From positions 6,777-70,776 of the IMG/VR virus record IMGVR_UViG_3300032285_002244: a stretch of 64,000 nt of DNA; one strand, written 5' to 3'. The DNA is from a virus. The number at the start of each line of letters is the position of its first letter. The first letter of the stretch is position 1. Of the stretch, positions 37,655-47,305 are shown one piece after another. Under the pieces are notes generated by a model. That model was given only the letters and a program-made list of their open reading frames with translations, searched no databases and was not told the origin of the DNA. A program made the position numbers and the translations under genes.

Positions 37655-38107
37655 TTAATAATGGTCTTTTAGTTGATGCCTTGCTTCGTGTATGTTGTCG
37701 TAATGTACTATTGGAAAAAGATGGTTAGGGTGTTCTTCTGCTCCAACTGCAACTCTGTGATGACCACCTAAAACTTCTTTAGATTCAAAATTTACAGGTA
37801 TACGTGGTGCTTTAAACCCTTCATGGGCAATGTCTTCAGCTAAATTGCTGTACTTATCATCGTGAATAGCTCCATCGTCTTCATGGTGAGTAATTGACTC
37901 ATTGTATTTCCTAGACCACATTTCTTTGTCAGTTTCTGGACGTCGTTTTTTTCCTCCCCATTCTTCTGGGTCAGGTTCATTTGTACTGACTCTTTGACGG
38001 TCGTTATCAAAGGGTTTTAAATGTGCCTGTATTTCTTTACCTGTCATAAACATAGGTATTTGACCAGCAGCAATGTGCTGAGATAGAGACATGTTGCGTG
38101 CGCTCAT
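37655..38107 (-). CDS. ParB/Srx-fold protein, MFMT family (paralog 3)
   Basis: QIPMFMTGKEI...MWSRKYNES...LAEDIAHEG...VLGGHHRVAV. Confidence 0.75.
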   Translation of the reverse strand: MSARNMSLSQHIAAGQIPMFMTGKEIQAHLKPFDNDRQRVSTNEPDPEEWGGKKRRPETDKEMWSRKYNESITHHEDDGAIHDDKYSNLAEDIAHEGFKAPRIPVNFESKEVLGGHHRVAVGAEEHPNHLFPIVHYDNIHEARHQLKDHY

Positions 38108-39036
38108 CCCTTGCTCCTGTATGTTGCTGCTCTGCGAATTAGGGTCTGAGTATCTGGCAGTTCAATGCCATAAGTTTCGTCTGCTTGTTGTGCTTTGTAT
38201 GCTGACCAGTACTCAGACATCTTTCGCAATGCAGGTACTGTTCCGTACTTTTTCCCTGCTTGCCAACGGTAGTTGAAGTAGTCTGCGTATCCCTTGCCAG
38301 TTGTACTGAACGCGAGCTTTCTTCCGTAATGAATATCCTCAAATAGCGCAGAACCCTGCATTAGTGCAGATTGCATAGCAAACTCTGCATTACGACGAGC
38401 AGCGTCATTAGTTGCGCTTTGTAACTTAGTTATGGCTTGTGTGTAACGAGAAACAATGTCTGTTGCTTTTGTTAAATCAATTTTTGCTAGCTCATCCCAG
38501 ACGTTCATATGTGGTGCACCTTCTTTAGAGGGAACTACAGTCCACTCATTGTGAGTAAGGTCATAGGCTGCATAAGGATTGATTGTCTTTATGTCTGTGG
38601 CACCAGGATTAACGTAGAATGTAACTTCAAATCCATTCCAGTTCTCTGTGTCAGGCTGTAAGTGTTCACGAAAATCTTCGTTTAACATTTTACTAATTTC
38701 AACATCAGACAAACCTGAATACTCTGGGTGTGCTCTGCGGAATTGAATGTAATCAACTCCAATAAGTACGTCTAAATCACCTGGTTCACGTGCTGCTTCC
38801 CATTGATAGGAAACTGCTGAACCAGCAATCCATACATGGGCCCACAAATCAGGGTGGCGGTAGGTTTCATTCAAAAACCCAAACAACAACTGCTGGATAC
38901 CATTACGAACCCAACCTTTTAAGTTCAACCCATCAAATAGTGTTGGGTCTAACTCTTGTGAGGGTGGTGAAAAATAGGACGTAGACCCACCCTGAATGTT
39001 TACAGGTTGAGCGTTTATTCCTAGGTTCCTAAACAT
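38104..39036 (-). CDS. Pol-beta-superfamily nucleotidyltransferase
   Basis: IAGSAVSYQW.....GDLDVLI (GS...DxD). Confidence 0.75.
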   Translation of the reverse strand: MFRNLGINAQPVNIQGGSTSYFSPPSQELDPTLFDGLNLKGWVRNGIQQLLFGFLNETYRHPDLWAHVWIAGSAVSYQWEAAREPGDLDVLIGVDYIQFRRAHPEYSGLSDVEISKMLNEDFREHLQPDTENWNGFEVTFYVNPGATDIKTINPYAAYDLTHNEWTVVPSKEGAPHMNVWDELAKIDLTKATDIVSRYTQAITKLQSATNDAARRNAEFAMQSALMQGSALFEDIHYGRKLAFSTTGKGYADYFNYRWQAGKKYGTVPALRKMSEYWSAYKAQQADETYGIELPDTQTLIRRAATYRSKG

Positions 39037-39055
39037 GGTATTAGTTTAGGGGTTA

Positions 39056-39340
39056 TTAGTCTTTAGAGGTGTCTATGCCTCGGTCAGAAAGTGCATCAAT
39101 TATCTTTGCTTTGATATCTGCAGCATTGTCTTTTGGCTGCAATTGAGAAACCACTGCTTGCGCTACGCGGTCAGCCAGTATTCTGCTCTCAATGTCAGAG
39201 GTTAGTTCTCTGCTTGTTTGATAGATGTCAAAAGTGTTTGCTTGACGTTCTACTAACTCTCCTGCCTCTTTCGAAACAGTAGATATGGAACCATCCATAT
39301 GGATAAAGACGGTATACGATGCTTGGACTTTGTCGCTCAT
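39056..39340 (-). CDS. Hypothetical protein
   Basis: Coupled ORF. Confidence 0.65.
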   Translation of the reverse strand: MSDKVQASYTVFIHMDGSISTVSKEAGELVERQANTFDIYQTSRELTSDIESRILADRVAQAVVSQLQPKDNAADIKAKIIDALSDRGIDTSKD

Positions 39341-39891
39341 TATTTCATTCCTAACAGTTTTTGTTTACGTTGGGCTACTCCGATTGCTACTGGACAGAAA
39401 TCACATAGGTATGTTTTTGGGCCAGCTTCATCTTGATAACGTGCCATACCTTCTGCTTTACGTTCTTTTACAGTCTTAGGGATTAACAACTTGGTCTTAT
39501 CGTGCCAATCAGCACAACCGTCTTTAGGCTTGTTATGACGACCATAACATTCCATTGCACCTTCCATAAATGTGGAACGTGAGTCATAAAATGAGTCATC
39601 AATTTCTGCTAAACCAGCAGAACCTCCGCCTTTAATTTGACGAATAATTTCTTTCTTTGATTCAGGCTTTGCCCATGCTCTCAGGGGAAGGGAGAACAGT
39701 TTGCCTTTGTGTGGTTCACCTGATGGGAAAACGTGTGGTTCACACGCAATTTCTAATAAGGTGTCTAACTTTGGGTCACCATCATATGGCGGTAACTCTT
39801 CTAAGGTTTGGCAGACAAGACAATACAACAACCGAAACATAGGTTCATTTGATGGCGACTCTTTTTGTCCAAGTAAAGGTATGTTACTCAT
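39340..39891 (-). CDS. Cys/His-rich Zn-binding protein
   Basis: CLVC, H, C...H....C, LCDFCP. Confidence 0.65.
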   Translation of the reverse strand: MSNIPLLGQKESPSNEPMFRLLYCLVCQTLEELPPYDGDPKLDTLLEIACEPHVFPSGEPHKGKLFSLPLRAWAKPESKKEIIRQIKGGGSAGLAEIDDSFYDSRSTFMEGAMECYGRHNKPKDGCADWHDKTKLLIPKTVKERKAEGMARYQDEAGPKTYLCDFCPVAIGVAQRKQKLLGMK

Positions 39892-39926
39892 TGTGCTCCT
39901 TATAGTAGTCCGATTATCTTAACAGA

Positions 39927-41624
39927 TTATGAATTCCAGAGTGCCTGTTCTTTTGCTGTAGTTTGTTTTGCTGCACGCTTGGCTGCTCGTGCTTCCATCT
40001 TTTTGTCTCTTTCGCTTTTTACACCAATTGCTTGACGAACGATTGACTGATGACGACCAGTGGATGGGCTATGTGAAACATCTGGGTAAATCCATCCACC
40101 CTCATGGTGAACGGCAATAGGGGTGTTGTATGATTTAACGTGGTAGTCAGTTGTGTTTGCTACTTCTTCAAGTTGCTTTGAAAATTGAGTACCAGACAAC
40201 CAACCGTGTGATGATGGTGCGCCCTTGACGCCTTCCATGTTTGAACCTTTGAATTCTTCTCGTCCTTGAATTAAAGGTGTTGCCTTTGTGTTTGATGTGC
40301 GTTTAGCCATTAGAATCTGTCCTTACCTTTTGCTTGATGTAGACGAGTTCCTCCAGGTACATCTGGATATTTTATAGCCATTTTGTCGTTCCAATCTGAG
40401 TATTGTTTACGAGTCATAGGCTTTTGACTGCCCGCTTTAAATTTACGTTTTGGGTCATCTCCACGGTCTGGAACACCTTTTCCAGAGTAACGTGGGTTTT
40501 GGTAACGAGAAGTTGGGTCTCCTTCTTCACCTGACGCAGTTACAGCATTAGCCATGATTATTTACCCATCGCTTTCTTATGCGCTTTACGTGCACATTTT
40601 CCGCAAACTGTTCCAGAAAAATAACCAAGTGCATCTTCGTGACCACACTTAGCAACCATGCTTGGTGACTCAGGAGTTAAATTACGACCGTCTTTACGGT
40701 CTGGAACATCTGCCATGATTACTTACCTGAATCTTCTTTATGTAATTTCATTGCTGCTTTTTTGGAGTAACCCATGTATTGTTTAGATTTTAGTATTCCA
40801 TCTTCAAAATGAGAAATTCGGTATGCGCCTGATGGTTTTACTTTTTCTACTGACATATCAGAGTATTTAACTTTTTTAGCCATGATTATTTGTAATTCCG
40901 TCCTTTAACACGACGTTTTCCTCTTGGAGCAAACGCCATGTTCTTAACATTGTCAGCGTGTAACTTTACGGCTTTTTCTGCTGAATCAGTTTGGTAATAG
41001 GCCCCACCAACGTCATTTCGGTCGTTGGTTGCTTCAACATGAATGCCTTTTTCAGTTTTTCTAGTAACAAATTTACGACGGTCGTTAAATTCCATGATTA
41101 CTTACTTGGGTTTACCTTAGATGGGTATTCAGAGGTTAGAAAACCATAACCCCAAAATGGGTTTAGTGATTGACGGTTGTCTACAGTTGCTTCGTCACCT
41201 AGACCAGGAATAACTTCTGTATCTGGACGAGCCTTGCGGTACTTACCATCGGTTGCACCATTGTTTAGTGATGCGTTCATTGAACGTGAAGAGTTAACTG
41301 CCATGATTATTTACCTTTTTTCTTTTTGTTTTTTGGAACATCAATAGAGATTTCTGTCTCTCCTGTGGATGCTGCGTGACGATTCCAAGCTTTTAATTCT
41401 CCAGGTTGGTTTTCATAGTAGTCTTGTGTATCTGCGCCACGACGATACGCTTCTTTTCTCCCCATAAAATTCCAACGGGTTAAATTACGATTAATGTCTT
41501 CTGTAGCAAATCTCTTAACATTTTGACGGCTTTTAGTATCTGGTTTGTAACCTTTAGGAGCAAGACTTGGACCAGTAGCAGCCTTGAGTGCACGCTTATC
41601 TGCGCGACGGTCGTTGAACAACAT
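39927..41624 (-). CDS. Array of seven small basic ORFs (39927-40310, 40310-40555, 40558-40716, 40719-40883, 40886-41095, 41098-41304, 41307-41624)
   Basis: Contiguous ORFs, five joined by TAATCATGG junctions. Confidence 0.7.
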
Positions 41625-42607
41625 TAGTTACCTTCTCTCTCAGAACGAATTCTTGCCATACGTTCATCTCGTGCTTTTTTCTGGCTTGCTGTTCTGCCCG
41701 AAGCAGCGTCCATACCAAGCTTAATTCTGTCACCTGAAGCTTGTTTTGCCATGGTTAATGCCTTAGCAGAATCTGGATGGTGTGGGTTTAGTACTGCGTG
41801 GTGCGCAATACCCAAAATAGTTCCTAGGCTGTGGTCGTAGGCAGCTATTTTTGCATGTACTTCGTTGAAATTTGTGTGGTGTGTATTGAAATCTTCAGTG
41901 CCATGAGTTCTTACCATACGTCCTAGATGACCCCATGCTTCATTAACATGGCTCTTTAATCTTGCATGGTCTTCTGAGTTGGCTGTAGAAAATCCTTGTA
42001 GTGCATCTCTTCCAGTTGGAAGTTCATACCTTGGGCGTTCTTTTTCAGGTCCTACTGTTGGTAGAACTGTAGTTACCTTCTCTTTAATAGCTTGGTCTAC
42101 GTTGCTGGAATCAACCTTGGCTAACTTTCCACCTATTTTTGCAATTTGGCCAATTTTAGGTTTGCTAATTTGTCCTTCTGCGTTTAACTTTTTACCAGTT
42201 CTAGTCGTTTTCTTTGCTACTCTTTTTTTCTTTACTGGCTTGTCTAAGGTAACAGCCATTACTCCGCGCTTTATTTCACGTGTTGTTGCAGGACGCATAC
42301 CTCGTTGGCGTAACTTCTTTCCAGGAGTTACTAACGGCCCTTTTATTTTTGGCTTAGGTGCAGCAGAAGGTCCTTTTTCTTCTCCTGCTAAACGAATTTC
42401 TCCAACTCCTGCTATATCAACTTTTGGAAAACTTGTTTCTTCTTTTTTATCGGCTTCTCTTTTTTCCTGTACACGTCGTTGTAAGTCTTTGTTGTATTCT
42501 CGACTAGGAACACGACGTTTAATTGGGCTGTCACCAACGCCACCCATTTCACGAATCTTTTTTAATTCTTCTGGTGTTTTTATTTTATCGTTTTTCTTTT
42601 TAGCCAT
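41624..42607 (-). CDS. Highly basic hypothetical protein with His-rich helical C-terminus
   Basis: 327-aa ORF, TAATG-coupled. Confidence 0.7.
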   Translation of the reverse strand: MAKKKNDKIKTPEELKKIREMGGVGDSPIKRRVPSREYNKDLQRRVQEKREADKKEETSFPKVDIAGVGEIRLAGEEKGPSAAPKPKIKGPLVTPGKKLRQRGMRPATTREIKRGVMAVTLDKPVKKKRVAKKTTRTGKKLNAEGQISKPKIGQIAKIGGKLAKVDSSNVDQAIKEKVTTVLPTVGPEKERPRYELPTGRDALQGFSTANSEDHARLKSHVNEAWGHLGRMVRTHGTEDFNTHHTNFNEVHAKIAAYDHSLGTILGIAHHAVLNPHHPDSAKALTMAKQASGDRIKLGMDAASGRTASQKKARDERMARIRSEREGN

Positions 42608-42816
42608 TAGCGCACCATATTATTCTTTGCTAATTTAGCTTTCATTTGGGTAACGCAAGACAGACAATGTCCTTTACTAGCCATAAATTCAATTGGGTTC
42701 ATAATTACACCGCATGTTGGGCAAGGTGCAGAACCGTTGTATTTCATTGCATTTTCTGCAATTTGCTTGGCTTGCCATTCCATTGGCTCATTGCCATCAC
42801 CATAATTACCTGACAT
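42607..42816 (-). CDS. Small Zn-ribbon protein
   Basis: CPTC...CLSC. Confidence 0.65.
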   Translation of the reverse strand: MSGNYGDGNEPMEWQAKQIAENAMKYNGSAPCPTCGVIMNPIEFMASKGHCLSCVTQMKAKLAKNNMVR

Positions 42817-42973
42817 TAGTTACCACCGCTTTTTGTTTTGTGTTCCATCGCTAATGCGCGGTTTGGAACTGGCTTAGATAAAGGTGCTTGAGCATGTTGT
42901 TTTTGGCTTAACATAAACGCACGGATAGGTGCTCGTAAGTAACTTCTCTGTATGGTGCTTAATGCTTTTATCA

Positions 42974-43345
42974 TTAAATACCTCCTAAAGAGTTAGTTGA
43001 TGATGCGCCATAACCAGCAACTCCACCAGAGAACCAGGATACACGTGGTTCGTGGTAGTTACGGTCAATAGTTACAACATCTTCAATACCAGGTTGTGGT
43101 CGTTCACCAAACCCAAAACGGTCTGGAAACAAACGAATCTGAGGAAGTGGTGGTCTAACCATTGCTTGAATGTCTTTACCAGGAATATTCATAACCATTA
43201 GTGCTTGTGATGTTAGGCGCTCCATGTTTGTTGCCCATGGGCCGTTATATTGCCAACGCTTTGCTACTTGGTCTGGCTGTATTGGTGCACGCCACGGCTT
43301 AGTGTGGTCGTACACTCCGTCAACTGGTTGTGTCATTATTTCCAC
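42974..43345 (-). CDS. Hypothetical protein
   Basis: ORF in operon. Confidence 0.65.
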   Translation of the reverse strand: MEIMTQPVDGVYDHTKPWRAPIQPDQVAKRWQYNGPWATNMERLTSQALMVMNIPGKDIQAMVRPPLPQIRLFPDRFGFGERPQPGIEDVVTIDRNYHEPRVSWFSGGVAGYGASSTNSLGGI

Positions 43346-43869
43346 GCTGGTTTCAAATAAGCCATCATTGATTGACGGCGTGCGTTAATTTCACCTGGTT
43401 GGTCTGCACGCATATTAGACTTTCCATCGTTTACTAAGTGTGGAGCAGGAGTTAATTGCATTTGAGGAGCACTGCGCTCTGATATGTAAACGTTAACTCC
43501 GTTAACATTCTGCAAAGTAGCTTTCATTTGTCGTTCAATACCAGTCATATCTGTCATACCCATAGGCCAGAAATACATAGATGGCTCAATGCGTTCACCT
43601 TTGTGAACACCGCGTTGGTATGCTTTTTGATTTACGCGGTTCTTTACTGAATCTAATAAACGGTCATCACGACGTGACCGAATAGTTCCTAAATAACCAT
43701 CAGGATATTCTGCAGAGGGAACACGACCAACACCAATACGGCTGGCATCCATCTCATCACGAGCAATTGATGTTCCTGAGCCACCTTGGTTGTTATAACC
43801 AGCAAACCCACCGCCACCCAGAGACTGCCAGTTCTGGGATGGAGACATGTTGTTTACTCCACCTGCCAT
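43336..43869 (-). CDS. Hypothetical phage protein
   Basis: EYPDGYLGTIRSRRDDRL...YQRGVHKGERI. Confidence 0.7.
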   Translation of the reverse strand: MAGGVNNMSPSQNWQSLGGGGFAGYNNQGGSGTSIARDEMDASRIGVGRVPSAEYPDGYLGTIRSRRDDRLLDSVKNRVNQKAYQRGVHKGERIEPSMYFWPMGMTDMTGIERQMKATLQNVNGVNVYISERSAPQMQLTPAPHLVNDGKSNMRADQPGEINARRQSMMAYLKPAWK

Positions 43870-44423
43870 TAGTTTTCCTTTGGAGGACGAGGTTCAGTTA
43901 TGCCGTGACGCTTACGTGCTGCTTCATTGCGGATGTTACGCATGTTGTGCATATTCCAAACAGCATCTTCGTTACGACTAATCATTTTCTTTTCTGCAGT
44001 TCTTTGATACTTATGTCCAGTAGACAAATCAATTTGAACGCCTTTTTCTTTTGCTTTAGAGTCAACCCAGCTACCCATCATTGCTTTAGGGTCCGATGTC
44101 TGTCCCTTTAACCGAACAAAGTGAGATGCAAATTGTTTTGCGGAAATTCTAGGATTGCTTTCTCCAACACTTTCGTAGTGTGTTGGAACGGGGTAACCGC
44201 TGCGTTGTGACGGTTCTTTACCTACTAAAAATAGTTTGTCCCCAGGTTTTGCTACTTTACCCTCAGAAAGGCTCATAGATGCACCACCAAAATTATTGGT
44301 GCTATTGATAAACTCTTGGGCGCCCTTTGGGTTGCTGGCTAGTGTACGTACTTCGTCTTTAGTGTAATCTGGACGACCACTCTCCGCTATTGCGGATACA
44401 ATTTCTTTAGGTGTCTTAGCCAT
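43869..44423 (-). CDS. Hypothetical protein
   Basis: ORF in operon. Confidence 0.65.
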   Translation of the reverse strand: MAKTPKEIVSAIAESGRPDYTKDEVRTLASNPKGAQEFINSTNNFGGASMSLSEGKVAKPGDKLFLVGKEPSQRSGYPVPTHYESVGESNPRISAKQFASHFVRLKGQTSDPKAMMGSWVDSKAKEKGVQIDLSTGHKYQRTAEKKMISRNEDAVWNMHNMRNIRNEAARKRHGITEPRPPKEN

Positions 44424-44473
44424 GTTACTATTTTCCTTCTTAGAACCTTAATTGTCTGTATAAAGGAGCCAAA

Positions 44474-44635
44474 ATGTCAGTCGATGTTGTTGCTGTAGGG
44501 CTAAACCCAATTGCTTGGGCAGTTTATTGCGAACTATGCATTGCTTATATTGGCGAACCAACACAGGACGAAGATTTTATTGACCAGATGTATGAAGAAC
44601 ATTGCCTTAGTCATGGGTTAACCCCAGAAAACTAA
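44474..44635 (+). CDS. Lone plus-strand small C2H2-like protein
   Basis: AAAGGAG RBS; CELC...EEHCLSH. Confidence 0.55.
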   Translation: MSVDVVAVGLNPIAWAVYCELCIAYIGEPTQDEDFIDQMYEEHCLSHGLTPEN

Positions 44636-44868
44636 TCTCTTCCAACACCCTTATCTGCCGATGGCAAAGATGGTTTTGAATCATCGTCCCAGTTTAAGGT
44701 TGTTCCACGAGTTCTCGAAGAGTACGCCGTTGGACGTGAGCCTTCGTTACTACGCCAAGATGTGCGTTGTGCAATAGAACCAGTGGTTGATTTACCCAAC
44801 GATAAAGGTGCAGACACATCGTGTTGTGCAGCACTTAGTGCTCCACCGTAGCTTGGTATATCAGCCAT
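44632..44868 (-). CDS. Hypothetical protein
   Basis: ORF in operon. Confidence 0.55.
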   Translation of the reverse strand: MADIPSYGGALSAAQHDVSAPLSLGKSTTGSIAQRTSWRSNEGSRPTAYSSRTRGTTLNWDDDSKPSLPSADKGVGRD

Positions 44869-44869
44869 T

Positions 44870-45325
44870 TTAGTAAGAAGAGCTCATTCCATCACCAAAG
44901 TTTGGTGAGTTCTTTCCTGAAACAGAACGAACTGTGCGTGCGTTGCCCATTGTTGCGCCAAGTTCTGATTGGTGAACTGCTGGGAATGTTGCACCTATTA
45001 CATAACGTGCACCCATACGCTCAGACTGAACTGCATTTCCTGCAGAAACATTTTTGCGATTTGCTTTGTTAGCAATTGTTGGGTCTCCTGCTTGTGTATT
45101 CTTCTTTGCAACAAGTGTTCCTTTTAATGGAGAACCGCTTGTGTTTGCAACGCCTAGAACTTGACCAACGTATTTACGTGGGCTGTTAGCGTGTTCTGCA
45201 GAAGCAATAACTTCTTCTGGTGTTAAATTTGTACGTGCCATTGATTTGCCTGCCGCTTCTAGATGGGATGAAGGTGCACCCATGCGACGACGCATTGCGT
45301 GACCTAATGATGTCCAAGATGCCAT
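44870..45325 (-). CDS. Hypothetical protein
   Basis: AAGGAG RBS. Confidence 0.65.
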   Translation of the reverse strand: MASWTSLGHAMRRRMGAPSSHLEAAGKSMARTNLTPEEVIASAEHANSPRKYVGQVLGVANTSGSPLKGTLVAKKNTQAGDPTIANKANRKNVSAGNAVQSERMGARYVIGATFPAVHQSELGATMGNARTVRSVSGKNSPNFGDGMSSSY

Positions 45326-45362
45326 GATGACTCCTTACTCTGTGTCTAAGGATAGAACTTAT

Positions 45363-45653
45363 TTAGAAGGTATTAATGCTAAAAACAATTGCTGAGATTT
45401 CTCCATCACGGCTTTCAATGGTGGTAAATCCAGGAATAAAGTAGAGACGCATACCTCTTGGGGCAACATATCCACTTGCTATAGCCATTGCTTTTACCGC
45501 TTGGTTTACCGCTCCAGCACCTACAGCGCGTAGTTTTACTTCGCTTCTGTCGTAAATTGCATGTGCGATTGCAGACGCAACGCTTTGAGGGTTAGAACCT
45601 GCGCTAACTCGTAAAAACGGTTCTTCAGCAGGTAGTTCTGGGGTTGTAGTCAA
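45363..45653 (-). CDS. spoVS: SpoVS-family protein
   Basis: LRVSAGSNPQSVASAIA...AVGAGAVNQAVKAMAIA.GYVAP.G...IPGF...ISAIVF. Confidence 0.9.
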   Translation of the reverse strand: MTTTPELPAEEPFLRVSAGSNPQSVASAIAHAIYDRSEVKLRAVGAGAVNQAVKAMAIASGYVAPRGMRLYFIPGFTTIESRDGEISAIVFSINTF

Positions 45654-45706
45654 TTTTTAGTCCTTTGGTTCGAGTTGGTGTGCCACTCCAGACCTAAAGG
45701 GTAGGG

Positions 45707-46300
45707 CTAAATCCGTGGTTGGTCTCGGTATTTAGCATCTTTCATTTGTTCCACAATAGCTTTTTCTATGGCATCAGAATGAATACCTGCAACTAATCGA
45801 GCTAATCCGTAAGAATCTGCAGCATTGTCATCGTTAAACTCAACGCCCCATCTTTTGTACATCTGTAACAACATCTCTTGTTTTTTGGCATTTCCCTTAC
45901 CTGATGCGTATTTCTTCAGTGTCATTGGCGGAATTTTTAATGGGAATCTACGGTCATCGCCATCTTCAAAAAAATCAAATATTGTTAAACGAACCGTTGC
46001 TGAAAGTTCTCCTAAAACCAATGCAGCATGGCTAGCAAGAACTGTTCCTTCCATTGCAATGTCTTGTATGGTCCAAAATTCTTCGCAATAATTTAAGGTG
46101 TCAGTTAACCACTGACGAATATCAGCTAATCGTTCTATGCCAAAATAAATAGATTTGTATACCCAAGTAATTGATTGCAATGGGTCTTTTACATTTAACA
46201 CAGTAAATGCAAATCCAGTTAACGATTGGTCTATACCAATTGCTACTACGGAATCTTTATCAATAGTTCCGTCTATTAGTTTAGTTGGCATTGAGGGCAA
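45707..46300 (-). CDS. RuvC-like Holliday junction resolvase
   Basis: IGIDQSLTG, IAMEG, LKKYASGKGNAKK, DNAADSYGLA. Confidence 0.85.
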   Translation of the reverse strand: MPSMPTKLIDGTIDKDSVVAIGIDQSLTGFAFTVLNVKDPLQSITWVYKSIYFGIERLADIRQWLTDTLNYCEEFWTIQDIAMEGTVLASHAALVLGELSATVRLTIFDFFEDGDDRRFPLKIPPMTLKKYASGKGNAKKQEMLLQMYKRWGVEFNDDNAADSYGLARLVAGIHSDAIEKAIVEQMKDAKYRDQPRI

Positions 46301-46820
46301 GCTCCATACGATTGCGGACCTTTGTTGTTAAGTCCTCTAAAGTACCCTCATTACTTAGTATCTGGTCAAATTTGTATCCATCTAAATCTTTTTCTGATAT
46401 ATGTGAATTAACAGCTTCTACACCAGGGCGTTTAACTCTCCATAAATGTCCATTTATATCTCTAATAGCATTAGCTTCATTTTCAAATCTAACATCTGTA
46501 AAAACGTAATTACCTTCTTTGTTAGTTTGCATTAGTGCTTCTTTAATCCAAAACTCATCTCCAAATAGTTGACGAACCCCAAGACCTGTGTTTTGCAGTA
46601 ATACCCTTACGGCAGGAACCTTCTTAATCTCATCCCAACCACGATGGTTTACAGCATGTTTAATATCGCTAGCCAATTCATTTACTACTGGGTTTACTTC
46701 GTACAATAAATTACGAACAGCATCAGCAAACGCAACACGAGTAAACTCGTATTCATTTACAAGAATCTTTGCTATCTCGTCTTTACCAGACCCTGCATAT
46801 CCAGAAAGTCCAATAATCAT
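46281..46820 (-). CDS. Deoxynucleoside monophosphate kinase
   Basis: IIGLSGYAGSGKD, AFAD, LLQ..G, DVRFENE, H.SE. Confidence 0.88.
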   Translation of the reverse strand: MIIGLSGYAGSGKDEIAKILVNEYEFTRVAFADAVRNLLYEVNPVVNELASDIKHAVNHRGWDEIKKVPAVRVLLQNTGLGVRQLFGDEFWIKEALMQTNKEGNYVFTDVRFENEANAIRDINGHLWRVKRPGVEAVNSHISEKDLDGYKFDQILSNEGTLEDLTTKVRNRMELALNAN

Positions 46821-47305
46821 ATTGAGTATTTGTCCTTTCGGTTTGAACGGAAGTCACTAGTACGTCTCGTAATTTCACGAGAAACTAAAGAAACATCACG
46901 TTCAAAATTGTTGGCTACAACTTCCAACATCTTTCTGTATGCATAGGTTGCCATTAACTTTTCTTCTAAGTCCATAATCATTGGGTCAGAGGCAACTTGA
47001 GCTTTTATTAGTGTTACTCGTTCTCCTTTTATCTTGCTTGTATCTTTTGCAAGAAAGAGTTGGGCTTCTGAACTTGCTAACTTCTTCTCTAAAAATTTCT
47101 CATCTACTTGGGCTGCTGCATATTGGCCTGCAATAAAGTTAGACCATGCAGTTAATTTAGTAAACAACTCGCTGAGTTCTTCGCTATCTAATACTGATAT
47201 GTCTTTTGGCATAACTGGTTGTTGAGATTGTTCAGGCCACATATTGATGTTTTGGTCTTTCATCATCTTTACTGCGCCTGCAGATGCTGGTCCTAAATTT
47301 AACAT
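46817..47305 (-). CDS. Coiled-coil protein, possibly UvsY-like recombination mediator
   Basis: Helical 162 aa ending VSREITRR; lies in recombination cluster. Confidence 0.45.
   Translation of the reverse strand: MLNLGPASAGAVKMMKDQNINMWPEQSQQPVMPKDISVLDSEELSELFTKLTAWSNFIAGQYAAAQVDEKFLEKKLASSEAQLFLAKDTSKIKGERVTLIKAQVASDPMIMDLEEKLMATYAYRKMLEVVANNFERDVSLVSREITRRTSDFRSNRKDKYSI

Noticed and set aside
41979-42638. 219-aa plus-strand ORF (likewise 53150..53761 and many shorter antisense ORFs)
   Set aside because: Fully overlap better-supported, coupled minus-strand genes
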